Source: Gemmatimonadales bacterium
GTDB taxonomy: Bacteria; Gemmatimonadota; Gemmatimonadetes; Gemmatimonadales; GWC2-71-9
Direction of reading: 5' to 3'
DNA length: 64,000 nt
Assembly (NCBI GenBank): GCA_036006525.1
Contig: DASYPP010000060.1
Coordinates: 23,794 to 87,793 of the forward strand
The translations under genes and the position numbers were made by a program. Each line of letters starts with the position of its first letter. Position 1 is the first letter of the stretch. Shown here piece after piece: positions 36,375 to 45,051 of this stretch. Below the pieces are notes generated by a model that saw only the letters and a list, made by a program, of their open reading frames with translations, had not been told where the DNA came from and did no database searches.

Positions 36375-38087
36375 ATGCCCGACGAAACCATCTCAGTCGA
36401 ACAGAGCGCCCGGCCGAGGCTGGTGGCGGCGCTTGGCCACAAGTATGAGGTGCGGGAACTGCTCGGGCGGGGCGGCTTCGCGGAAGTCTACGAAGTAAAC
36501 GACCGGCAGCTGCATCGCCGGCTCGCGGTGAAAGTCTTGCGGCCCGACATCGCCTGGACCGCGGGAATGCTGCAGCGGTTCGAGCAGGAGGCCCGGGCCC
36601 TGGCTTCGCTCAGCCATCCCAACATTCTCCCCATTCATTTCGTCGGCGATCGCGAGGGGCTGGTCTACTACGCCATGCCCTTTATCGAGGGCAAGTCCCT
36701 GGGCGACATCATCCACGAGGAAGGCGCGATCGATCCAGAGCGCGCGGTGTCGCTGATCCGCCCCATCCTCCAGGCGCTGGCTCATGCCCACGAGAAGGGG
36801 ATGATCCACCGGGACATCAAGCCCGACAACATCATCGTCGAGAAGCAGACCGGCCGTCCCCTTCTGGTGGATTTCGGCATCGTCAAGCAGATGGACGACG
36901 AACCCGGGAACACCCTCTCCGGGTTTGTCGTGGGCACGCCGACCTACATGAGTCCGGAACAGGCGCTGGGCCAGTCCAACGTCGATCACCGAAGCGACAT
37001 CTACGCGATCGGCGGGGTGCTCTTTCACCTGGTGACCGGTGCCCCGCCGTTCGAGGGTGATACTTCGCAGGAATTGATCGGCCGTCATATCAGCCAGGCC
37101 GTGCCGGTGCCCGCCGAGGTGAATGCCCAGGTTCCGCGCTGGCTCTCCGAAGTAATCCTGCGGGCACTCGCCAAGCGGCCCGATGATCGCTTCCGCAGTG
37201 CCGCGGACATGGCCGAAGCCCTGCGCAACGGGCTTCAGTCCGGGCCGCTGACGCCGCTCCGGTCGCGCGACAGCATGGTGCGCCAGATCCGGGAGGACGA
37301 CCCCACCCACATCATGCCGGCGGCTGTCGATACCGTCACGCCGACTCGCACCGCGCGGTCCAGCGACTCGACCGGGCGGCGCGCGGCCGATCTGACCCCG
37401 GTTCCCCGGCCCGTGGGCCGCCGTTCGGGCGACACCCTGATGGGGCCGGGTGGAAAGTACCGGGCGGCATTGCGTTGGCTGGTGCTTGGCGCGGCCGCGA
37501 CCGGGCTCGGACTCTACGCCGTACAAGGCACCCCGCAGTTCGTCACCCACAATCAGCTGGTCCTGCCGGTGACCCTGCGCTGGACCACCTCGACCCAGAG
37601 TGGTGGAGTGCGGACCCTCGCCCCCGGCGAAACCTTCCGCATGGGCATGCCGGCGGACGGTGTCGTGATGGCCTCATGGTCGCTGGTGCGGCCCTGGTTC
37701 AACGATAGCCTGAAGGCCCTGGGCGACGACTATCGCGGGAACATCCGGGTCGAGGGGATGACGTTGGCGGAAAGGCTGCGGCGCCGGGTCGCGGTGGATA
37801 TCGACAGCTGGACCGGCGAAGATCGCTACTTCGCGCCGCTCATCAGCAACAGCACGAACGAGCCGATCCTGGTGACGGTAAACCCCCGCGCACCCGTGCC
37901 GGGCTGTGCCTGCTGGATCGCCCCCGGGGTGCGGATTCCGATCGGGTACTACCTGCTTTCGGACGACACCGAAATCAAGGTCGCCCAGGGGAACCGCTTC
38001 GCGCTGTATCGCCGCCTGGACGGCATGGTGGATCCCATCAGCGGGGCAGTCGAAATCGTGGTCGATTCAACGTCGTTTTCCAAATGA
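36375..38087 (+). CDS. Ser/Thr protein kinase with TM segment and unknown C-terminal ectodomain
   Basis: GRGGFAEVY, HRDIKPDNI, DFG, TPTYMSPE. One TM helix (WLVLGAAATGLGLYAV). About 190 aa of unassigned C-terminal domain. Confidence 0.85.
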   Translation: MPDETISVEQSARPRLVAALGHKYEVRELLGRGGFAEVYEVNDRQLHRRLAVKVLRPDIAWTAGMLQRFEQEARALASLSHPNILPIHFVGDREGLVYYAMPFIEGKSLGDIIHEEGAIDPERAVSLIRPILQALAHAHEKGMIHRDIKPDNIIVEKQTGRPLLVDFGIVKQMDDEPGNTLSGFVVGTPTYMSPEQALGQSNVDHRSDIYAIGGVLFHLVTGAPPFEGDTSQELIGRHISQAVPVPAEVNAQVPRWLSEVILRALAKRPDDRFRSAADMAEALRNGLQSGPLTPLRSRDSMVRQIREDDPTHIMPAAVDTVTPTRTARSSDSTGRRAADLTPVPRPVGRRSGDTLMGPGGKYRAALRWLVLGAAATGLGLYAVQGTPQFVTHNQLVLPVTLRWTTSTQSGGVRTLAPGETFRMGMPADGVVMASWSLVRPWFNDSLKALGDDYRGNIRVEGMTLAERLRRRVAVDIDSWTGEDRYFAPLISNSTNEPILVTVNPRAPVPGCACWIAPGVRIPIGYYLLSDDTEIKVAQGNRFALYRRLDGMVDPISGAVEIVVDSTSFSK

Positions 38088-38123
38088 AGGTGCGCGGATT
38101 CAGGATCCGCCGCTCTCACTGCT

Positions 38124-38192
38124 CAACGCGAAGACGCCAAGCCGCCACGAGAACAGTTTCAATTCTTTCTTTGCGACTTAGCGCCTTTGCGT
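38124..38192. repeat. hairpin with GCGAAG/GCGCCAAG-type units
   Basis: caacgcgaagacgccaagccgccacgagaac ... ttctttctttgcgacttagcgcctttgcgtt. Confidence 0.6.
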
Positions 38193-38218
38193 TATGCAGT
38201 ATTCCATGCGCGCATCCC

Positions 38219-39292
38219 ATGCTCGGGCAACAACGCGCGCGCGATTTGGGAGTTGCACCGGGGATCTTCGCGCCGGGCCCGCTGAACGCCATTACCGATG
38301 TCCCCGGGGTCCGGGTCGGCCAGGTCAGCATCAGGACCGGCGACTCGGTGCGCACCGGCATCACCGCCATTCTGCCGCACGACCGCAATCCCTTCCTGGA
38401 ACGGGTTCCCGCCGCCATCGTCGTGGGCAACGGCTTCGGCAAGCTGCTCGGGTCCACCCAGGTGAATGAACTGGGCGAGCTCGAGTCTCCCATCCTGCTC
38501 ACCTGTACCCTTTGCGTCTGGCGGGCGGCCGACGCGCTGGTCGGGTGGATGCTGGAACAACCCGGCATGGAACAGGTGCGGTCCCTCAACGCGGTGGTGG
38601 CGGAGACCAACGACGGTTACCTCAATGACATTCGGTCCCGTCCCGTCACTCCGGAGCAAGTGCGGGCGGCGCTCGCCGCGGCCCGGCCCGGCCCGGTGGA
38701 GGAGGGATCGGTGGGTGCCGGAACCGGTACCATGGCGTTCGGCTGGAAGGGCGGGATCGGTACGTCATCCCGGGTGTTGCCGGCCGGCCTCGGAGGCTGG
38801 ACGGTCGGGGTCCTGGTGCAGACTAACTTCGGTGGCGTGCTCCAGGTGCTCGGCGCTCCCGTCGGCAAGGAGCTGGGTCGTTATGCCTTCCGGTCGCAGG
38901 TGGAGGGGGGCCAGGGCGACGGGTCGGTGATCATCGTGGTCGCCACCAATGCGCCGATCCTGGACCGCAATCTCCGCCGGCTCGGTTCCCGCGCCATCAT
39001 GGGACTCGCCCACACCGGATCCTCGGCGTCTAATGGGTCGGGCGATTATGTAATCTCTTTCAGTACGGCAGAGCCCATGCGGCGCCCCGCGCAGGGCCGG
39101 CGCCCGGCCGCGGCAGAGCTGGAGAACGAGGAAATGTCCGCCCTGTTCCAGGCGGTGTCGGAAGCCACGGAAGAGGCGGTCTACAACTCGCTCTTCATGG
39201 CGACCAGGGTGGAGGGAAGCGGCCACACCGCGGAGGCGATTCCACTGGATCGGGTGCGGGAGATTCTGCGGAAGTACGGAATCGGAAAGTAG
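38219..39292 (+). CDS. P1/S58 family peptidase (DmpA-like aminopeptidase)
   Basis: GPLNAITDVPGVRVGQ, AVVAETNDGYLNDI, GSVGAGTGT. Start ATG 38219, because the earlier part of ORF 38084 translates hairpin 38124..38192. Confidence 0.8.
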   Translation: MLGQQRARDLGVAPGIFAPGPLNAITDVPGVRVGQVSIRTGDSVRTGITAILPHDRNPFLERVPAAIVVGNGFGKLLGSTQVNELGELESPILLTCTLCVWRAADALVGWMLEQPGMEQVRSLNAVVAETNDGYLNDIRSRPVTPEQVRAALAAARPGPVEEGSVGAGTGTMAFGWKGGIGTSSRVLPAGLGGWTVGVLVQTNFGGVLQVLGAPVGKELGRYAFRSQVEGGQGDGSVIIVVATNAPILDRNLRRLGSRAIMGLAHTGSSASNGSGDYVISFSTAEPMRRPAQGRRPAAAELENEEMSALFQAVSEATEEAVYNSLFMATRVEGSGHTAEAIPLDRVREILRKYGIGK

Positions 39293-39328
39293 CCGGACCG
39301 GCGAACGAAGCAGCCAGGTGGTTTCGAA

Positions 39329-39404
39329 GGGCTGTCATTCCGAGTGGAACGAGGGATCTTGGTGGCCTTGAGAAGATTCCTCGCTACGCTTGGAATGACA
39401 GCCC
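39329..39404. repeat. GTCATTCCGAG...CTCGGAATGAC-type 75-bp palindromic element (copy 1)
   Basis: gggctgtcattccgagtggaacgagggatctt-ggtggccttgag-aagattcctcgctacgcttggaatgacagccc. Between convergent genes. Confidence 0.85.
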
Positions 39405-39454
39405 TCTGTTCTGTCCACCTCGACCCCCTGTCCGCCTGCCCGCCTATCCGACTT

Positions 39455-40627
39455 CTACTCATTGGCTTCAATCCGGTAGATCCGTCCCGACGCATATACC
39501 ACATACAGCTCTCCCGCCGCATCCTCGCCGAACGACGCCACGTTGTCATTGAGCAGCGGGGCGGCAAGTGGATCGAAGGCCTTGGTCACTCCGCCGGTGC
39601 GTTTCTTCAGGCTCCGGACCCAGCCACCGCAGTAATCTCCGTAAAAGTACGTCCCCTGGAGTCCCGGCATGGCACTCCCCCGGTAGACATATCCTCCGGA
39701 AATTGAACAACCGATGTTGTGCTGGTAGGTAAAGATCGGAGCGGTCAGACCCGCGCTGCCGCATCCTGAAGCGGGGAGATAACACTGGGTGCCCTCCCGA
39801 ATCGGCCAGCCATAGTTGCGGCCCGGGGCACCTGGGGGTTCCAGGTCCACCTCTTCGAGGGTGTGCTCGCCGACATCCGCGATCCACATCTCGCCGGTAA
39901 GGCGGTCGAAACTCCAGCGCCACGGGTTCCGCAATCCCAGAGACCAGATCTCCGGACGCCAGCCCGGTCGATTGACGAAGGGATTGTCAGGGGGAATCGT
40001 GTAGGGTGCCCCGTGGTCCACGTCCAGCCGGAGCATCTTGCCGTGCCACGAGGCGCTGTCCTGGGCCGGACTGGTGGGGGCCGGGTTCTGCGGGCCGGTC
40101 AGACTGTCGCCCAGGGCGAGGTAGAGAAAGCCGTCGGGCCCGAAGCTGATCAGTCCGCCGTAGAGAAACGCGGCGGGATCCTGGCCCTCGGCCAGCACCA
40201 GCGTTTCGGAGGCGAGAATGCCGTGGTCGAAATCCGGAGTGGCGGTGAACTCCGAAAGTCGGGAATTTCCGTTCAAATCGGCATAGTAGACAAAGAACCG
40301 GCGATTGGTCTGATACTGGGGATGGAAAGCAAGACTGTAGACGCCATACTCCCCGGTTGAAGGATTGGTGAGGCCGGTCATGTTCAGGAAGGCGGAATCC
40401 TGCCGGATACCGTTCTTGCGCAGCAGAATCCGGCCGCCCCGTTCCACGACGATGAGCCGGGATGCATCCCCGGGCGGCGCGGTGACGTACAATGAGAAGT
40501 CGAACCCGCTGTCCACCGGGACCAGGGTCAGCCCCGATGGTGGCCGGGGTGCGTTGGAATCGGTGCAGGCCAGGAGTATCAGGCCGGTCGCCGACCCGAG
40601 GGCAACGACGAGGAACCGGAAATTCAC
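39455..40627 (-). CDS. PQQ-dependent sugar dehydrogenase (GSDH-type beta-propeller), lipoprotein
   Basis: Lipobox LILLA-C. YGGLISFGPDGFLYLALGDS, LGLRNPWRWSFD, WIADVG. Confidence 0.8.
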   Translation of the reverse strand: MNFRFLVVALGSATGLILLACTDSNAPRPPSGLTLVPVDSGFDFSLYVTAPPGDASRLIVVERGGRILLRKNGIRQDSAFLNMTGLTNPSTGEYGVYSLAFHPQYQTNRRFFVYYADLNGNSRLSEFTATPDFDHGILASETLVLAEGQDPAAFLYGGLISFGPDGFLYLALGDSLTGPQNPAPTSPAQDSASWHGKMLRLDVDHGAPYTIPPDNPFVNRPGWRPEIWSLGLRNPWRWSFDRLTGEMWIADVGEHTLEEVDLEPPGAPGRNYGWPIREGTQCYLPASGCGSAGLTAPIFTYQHNIGCSISGGYVYRGSAMPGLQGTYFYGDYCGGWVRSLKKRTGGVTKAFDPLAAPLLNDNVASFGEDAAGELYVVYASGRIYRIEANE

Positions 40628-40713
40628 GGTCTTAAGCTAATAGGAATGAAGGATTATATTTGCTTGCCCCACTTTGTATCCGACGCAGAACCTACACGAC
40701 GAGTCACGAATAA

Positions 40714-41946
40714 ATGGATGACGCACTGTATTTCACCGATCAGCACCTGCAGGTGCGCGAGATGGTGCGGGAGTTTGCCCGCACGGAGGTCGCGCCCGTG
40801 GCCCGCGAATTGGATCGCACCTCGGAGTTTCCCTGGGAGAACATCCGGAAAATGGGCGAGCTGGGTCTCCTGGGTGTGCCCTGGAGCGAAGAGCTGGGCG
40901 GCGCGGGGATGGACCAGCTTTCCTATTATATCACCCTGCACGAGCTGGCCAAGGTGGACGCCAGCCATGCCCTTACCGTCAGCGCGCATACCAACCTGGG
41001 CACCTCACCCATCGTCGAGTTCGGCACTCCGGAGCAGAAGAAGCGGTTCGTCCCGCTGCTGGCCAGCGGCAAGGTCCTGGGAGGCTTCGGGCTCACCGAG
41101 GCCGGGGCCGGGAGTGATGCCGGCGGCACCACCACCACGGCGGTCGACAAGGGCGATCACTTTCTGCTGAACGGCGCCAAGGTCTTCATCACCCACGCGG
41201 GGGTCGGCGAAATCTTTTCCGCCACGGCCAAGACGACGCCCGGGTATGGGAACAAGGGGATTACCAGCTTCATCGTGACCAAGGACACCGTGGACCTCGA
41301 CAAGGCCCGCGAGGTCGGCGTCGGGCATGCCGCGGACCTGCCCAAGACCGCCGGGGTCCGGGCTGGAAAGAAGGAAGACAAGATGGGCTGGCGGGCGAGC
41401 GATACCCGGGAGCTCATTTTCGAGGATGCCGTCGTGCCCCGGGAGAATGTGCTGGGCGAGATCGGGCAGGGGTTCGTCAACTTCCTGAAGACGCTCGATG
41501 GCGGACGAATCGGCATCGCCGCGCTGTCCCTGGGCATCGCCGAGGGCGCGTACCAGGAAGCCCTCAATTATGCCGGGGTCCGCAAGCAGTTCGGCAAGGC
41601 GATCAGTTCCTACCAGGGCATCAGCTTCCAGCTGGCCGACATGGCGCTGGAGATCGAGGCCGGGAAACACCTGCTCTACCATGCGGCCTGGCTCAAGCAG
41701 AACGGCAAGCCGTTCAAGAAAGAAGCGGCCATGGCCAAGCTGTTCTGCTCCGAGCTGGCGATGCGGACCACGACCAAGGCGGTCCAGATCTTCGGCGGCT
41801 ATGGCTACACCACCGACTACCCGGTCGAGCGGATGATGCGGGACGCCAAGGTCTGCGAGATCGGGGAAGGGACCAGTGAGATCCAGCGGATCGTGATCTC
41901 CCGGCAGATCCTTGGTGAATTGGAACAAGACGGTAACGGACGGTAA
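40714..41946 (+). CDS. acyl-CoA dehydrogenase
   Basis: GLTEAGAGSDAGG and a C-terminal IGEGTSEIQRIVISRQIL. The tail DGNGR and the TAA stop are encoded by repeat 41929..42040. Confidence 0.9.
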   Translation: MDDALYFTDQHLQVREMVREFARTEVAPVARELDRTSEFPWENIRKMGELGLLGVPWSEELGGAGMDQLSYYITLHELAKVDASHALTVSAHTNLGTSPIVEFGTPEQKKRFVPLLASGKVLGGFGLTEAGAGSDAGGTTTTAVDKGDHFLLNGAKVFITHAGVGEIFSATAKTTPGYGNKGITSFIVTKDTVDLDKAREVGVGHAADLPKTAGVRAGKKEDKMGWRASDTRELIFEDAVVPRENVLGEIGQGFVNFLKTLDGGRIGIAALSLGIAEGAYQEALNYAGVRKQFGKAISSYQGISFQLADMALEIEAGKHLLYHAAWLKQNGKPFKKEAAMAKLFCSELAMRTTTKAVQIFGGYGYTTDYPVERMMRDAKVCEIGEGTSEIQRIVISRQILGELEQDGNGR

Positions 41947-42040
41947 TAGGCGGTAATGGGGCGGTAGAATATCTTTGGTGGCCTTTACCGCCTACTACCG
42001 CCTACTACCGCCATTTACCGCCTTTTACCGCCTATTACCG
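41929..42040. repeat. tandem-unit hairpin (10-mers GGCGGTA / TACCGCC)
   Basis: gacggtaacg gacggtaata ggcggtaatg gggcggtaga - atatctttggtggcc - tttaccgcctac taccgcctac taccgccatt taccgccttt taccgcctat taccg. Contains the stop of the acyl-CoA dehydrogenase gene. Confidence 0.85.
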
Positions 42041-42323
42041 ACTGCTCTTGTGGCTAAAGCCCGGTCCGCCATATCTTTACCCATGCTTCATTACGGCCTC
42101 TCGCAGGTCATGACGCTCATCTTCAGGTTTGGCCGTAGGCTTGGGGCCAAGCCGGTTGCTCTCCATTCCCGTTTCGGTGTTCTGCAGTCAGGGCCTGCCG
42201 CTCCTCTCGGACGGCGGGTACTGGCCAGGATAGCGACCGGACGGGCAGGGAAAGTCGATGTCGACTGGAGTTTGCAGCGCCCCCTGGGGACGTGGATCCC
42301 GCCGCGGGCGCTGCATCACGTTT

Positions 42324-44036
42324 ATGGAGCCGGCGCGGGACGACCGCACCGGGCGAAATCACTTGAAACGCGAGATTCTCATCAATGGAGGCCCGCGGGA
42401 GACCCGTGTGGCCATCCTGGAAGACGACCGTCTGGTCGAGCTTCTGGTGGATCGACCCGATCAGCGCCGCCGGGTCGGCGACATCTACAAGGGCAAGGTC
42501 GAAGCGGTCCTGCCCGGCATCCAGGCAGCCTTTGTTGACATAGGGCTGGAGAAGAGCGCCTTTCTTCATGCCAGCGACCTGCTGGAGCCCGACGAAGACG
42601 AAGATCCGGAAGAAGCCGCCGACGAAGCCGATGAGGCCGAGGAGGAGGCCCAGCCCGAGCCGGTTCCGGCCGAGGGCGATGCCGAGCCGGAAAACGGGCG
42701 CGAGCGGGGCCGCCGCAAGCGCGGGAACGGACGCTCCGGCGAAAGCCGTCCCAGTGAAGGTCGCCAGCGCGAGGTGAGCCCCCGGCGGCCGCTTCCCAAC
42801 ATCCAGGACATTCTCAAGAAGGGCCAGACTCTCCTGGTCCAGGTCACCAAGGAGCCCATCAGTACCAAGGGCTGCCGGGTGACCGCGCAGGTCTCCCTCC
42901 CCGGTCGTTTCCTCGTCTACATGCCCGCCGCCAGCAAGGTCGGCGTCAGCCGCAAGATCGACAGCCGCGAACAGCGGGGCCGGTTGCGCGAAATGGTGTC
43001 GGGGCTGCTCCCCAGGGATTCGGGCGGCGTGATCGTGCGAACCGTGGCGGAGGGCGTCACCCAGGAGCATTTCAAGCGGGAAATCGACTCGCTGCTCGGC
43101 ATCTGGAAGAAGATCCAACGGAAGGAAGGGTTCGTCCGGGCTCCATCGCTGGTCCACCGGGAGACCAGCCTCACCCGGGGCATTATCCGCGACGTGTTCA
43201 GCGACAAGGTGGATTCGCTTCACGTGGACAGCAAGGAACTGTACCACGAGATCGAGCAGTACCTGAAACAGGTCGACCCGGAGTTGATGGGCCGGGTGAC
43301 GCTGTACGGCGAAGCCACTCCGCTGTTCGAAAAGTTCGACATCGAAGCCGAAATCCGCGACCTCTTCAAGGCCCGCTGCGAACTGCCCACCGGGGGGTCG
43401 CTGATCATCCAGCCCACCGAGGCCCTGGTCTCGATCGACGTCAATACCGGGCGCTATACCGGCCGGAAGGACCCCGAGAAGACCATCCTCAAGACCAACC
43501 TCGAGGCGGCGCGCGAGATCGCCCGGCAGCTCCGGCTCCGGGACATCGGCGGCATCATCGTCTGCGATTTCATCGACATGGAGACCCGGGCCAACCGGGA
43601 AAAGGTGCTCCAGGAGCTGCGCGGTCACCTGGGCCGGGACCGGGCCCGCACCAAGGCCCTGGCCGTCTCGGACCTGGGGCTGGTGGAAATGACCCGGCAG
43701 CGGGTCCGGCCCTCCCTGCTGGCCAGCATGACCATCGAATGCCCGACCTGCGACGGAACCGGGCGGGTGTTCCGGCCCGAGGTGGTGGCTCGGCGGCTGG
43801 AGCGGTCGCTCAAGCGGGCCGGCCTCGACCGGAAAGAGCGCCAGCTGGCGGTTCGGTTGCACCCTGAAGTCGCCCTGTACCTGCTGGAAGAAGAGCCCAA
43901 GCTGCTCCAGGCTCTCTCCCGGCAGACCGGGCTGGAGCTGGAGCTCCGGGACGACCCCATGATGCGGCTGGACGAATTCCGGCTCATGAGCCGCCCGGCC
44001 GGACGGGATGTCACTGAGATGTACGCTGTCGCTTAG
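42324..44036 (+). CDS. ribonuclease E/G family endoribonuclease
   Basis: S1 domain (VGDIYKGKVEAVLPGIQAAFVDIG), catalytic core (GGIIVCDFIDM), Zn-link CPTCDGTG. A roughly 70-aa acidic-then-basic insert sits in the S1 region. Start ATG 42324 is one of several options. Confidence 0.85.
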   Translation: MEPARDDRTGRNHLKREILINGGPRETRVAILEDDRLVELLVDRPDQRRRVGDIYKGKVEAVLPGIQAAFVDIGLEKSAFLHASDLLEPDEDEDPEEAADEADEAEEEAQPEPVPAEGDAEPENGRERGRRKRGNGRSGESRPSEGRQREVSPRRPLPNIQDILKKGQTLLVQVTKEPISTKGCRVTAQVSLPGRFLVYMPAASKVGVSRKIDSREQRGRLREMVSGLLPRDSGGVIVRTVAEGVTQEHFKREIDSLLGIWKKIQRKEGFVRAPSLVHRETSLTRGIIRDVFSDKVDSLHVDSKELYHEIEQYLKQVDPELMGRVTLYGEATPLFEKFDIEAEIRDLFKARCELPTGGSLIIQPTEALVSIDVNTGRYTGRKDPEKTILKTNLEAAREIARQLRLRDIGGIIVCDFIDMETRANREKVLQELRGHLGRDRARTKALAVSDLGLVEMTRQRVRPSLLASMTIECPTCDGTGRVFRPEVVARRLERSLKRAGLDRKERQLAVRLHPEVALYLLEEEPKLLQALSRQTGLELELRDDPMMRLDEFRLMSRPAGRDVTEMYAVA

Positions 44037-44039
44037 CCA

Positions 44040-44140
44040 GGTGGGGCAGTGGGGCAGTGGGAATGTGGGTAGGTATCTGATTTGTCATGTACTTAGCCAC
44101 CGAAGCCTACCCACCGACCCACGTTCCCACCGACCCACCC
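44040..44140. repeat. tandem-unit inverted repeat (GTGGG-type 8-mers)
   Basis: ggtggggcagtggggcagtgggaatgtgggtaggt (44040..44074) and cctacccaccgacccacgttcccaccgacccaccc (44106..44140). Between the RNase E/G gene and rplU. Confidence 0.75.
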
Positions 44141-44214
44141 GGGGTTGATCTAACCTCCTCCCCTGGTTAGGTTTGGCGGCTCACTTGGCCAGCACTTTCT
44201 AAGAGCGGACGGTT

Positions 44215-44529
44215 ATGTACGCGATTTTTCGGGCCCTCGGCAAGCAGTTCCGGGCGGAAAAGGGACAGACCCTGCGGCTGCCGCTGATGACGGCGGAACC
44301 AGGCAGCACCGTCACGTTCGATGAAGTCCTGCTCACGTCCGACGGCGACACCATCCAGGCCGGGAGCCCGCTGGTCAAAGGCGCCGCGGTCGAGGTCGAA
44401 GTGCTGCGCGAGGGCAAGGAAAAGAAGATCTTCGTTTTCAAGTTCAAGCGCCGGAAGAACTACCGCCGGAAGACCGGCCACCGCCAGCGCTTCACCGAAG
44501 TTCGCATCACCGACGTCCGGGCAGGCTGA
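44215..44529 (+). CDS. rplU: 50S ribosomal protein L21
   Basis: [23 protein letters not shown]...[21 protein letters not shown]. Confidence 0.95.
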   Translation: MYAIFRALGKQFRAEKGQTLRLPLMTAEPGSTVTFDEVLLTSDGDTIQAGSPLVKGAAVEVEVLREGKEKKIFVFKFKRRKNYRRKTGHRQRFTEVRITDVRAG

Positions 44530-44536
44530 GGATCCC

Positions 44537-44806
44537 ATGGCGCATAAAAAAGGCGTAGGCTCCAGTCGCAATGGCCGTACGGCCAATCCCAAGTTTCTTG
44601 GCGTGAAGAAATTCGGCGGCGAGAAAGTCACGGCGGGAATGATCCTGGTCCGCCAGCGCGGCACCAAGTTCCATCCCGGGAAGAACGTGCTCCGGGCCAG
44701 CGACGACTCCCTGTTCTCGACCACGACCGGCGTCGTGAAATTCGAGTTCAAGGACAAGAACCGGCAGAAGGTGTCGGTGTATCCCGAGGCCGTGGCCGCG
44801 AACTAG
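44537..44806 (+). CDS. rpmA: 50S ribosomal protein L27
   Basis: [29 protein letters not shown]...[13 protein letters not shown] 44537 lies inside ORF 44321..44806. Confidence 0.95.
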   Translation: MAHKKGVGSSRNGRTANPKFLGVKKFGGEKVTAGMILVRQRGTKFHPGKNVLRASDDSLFSTTTGVVKFEFKDKNRQKVSVYPEAVAAN

Positions 44807-44824
44807 AACTGAGGACTAAGGACT

Positions 44825-44853
44825 GGGCGCCCTGCGGGGCGCCCTTTTTGTTT
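44825..44853 (+). terminator. canonical intrinsic terminator after rpmA
   Basis: gggcgccc-tgcg-gggcgccc (perfect 8-bp GC stem, 4-nt loop) followed by TTTTTGTTT. Confidence 0.85.
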
Positions 44854-44855
44854 GC

Positions 44856-44983
44856 GAGCCCTTGGGCTAAAGCCCAGGCTCAGCCAAATCGTCCGGCTAA
44901 AGCCGGCCCAAACCTACAAGTCAAAGTCGTGGTCGCTTTAGCGACAAATACTTGCCGAGCCCAGGCTTCAGCCCGTGGGCTTC
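44856..44983. repeat. nested palindrome of four GCT-NN-AGC mini-hairpins
   Basis: cttgggctaaagcccagg, ccggctaaagccgg, gtcgctttagcgac, cccaggcttcagcccgtggg. The outer and inner pairs are approximate reverse complements of each other. Confidence 0.65.
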
Positions 44984-45051
44984 GTTGGCAATTGCACGTG
45001 GCTTATCATGTCTCTAGCTTCAGGGGGACTTCCAAATGACGGAGATTCCAA

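Noticed and set aside
41929-42040. CRISPR array interpretation of the short tandem repeats (also 19134..19221, 7504..7586, 11070..11142)
   Set aside because: Units are 7-10 bp and contiguous, with no unique spacers. The arms are inverted copies of each other. There are no cas genes in the window.
41975-42538. 187-aa ORF in the RNase E/G leader, and a possible SRP/6S-like RNA in 42040..42323
   Set aside because: The ORF starts inside the TACCGCC array and has no coding-like features. I saw no SRP domain IV or 6S-type signature. The region is treated as an untranslated leader.
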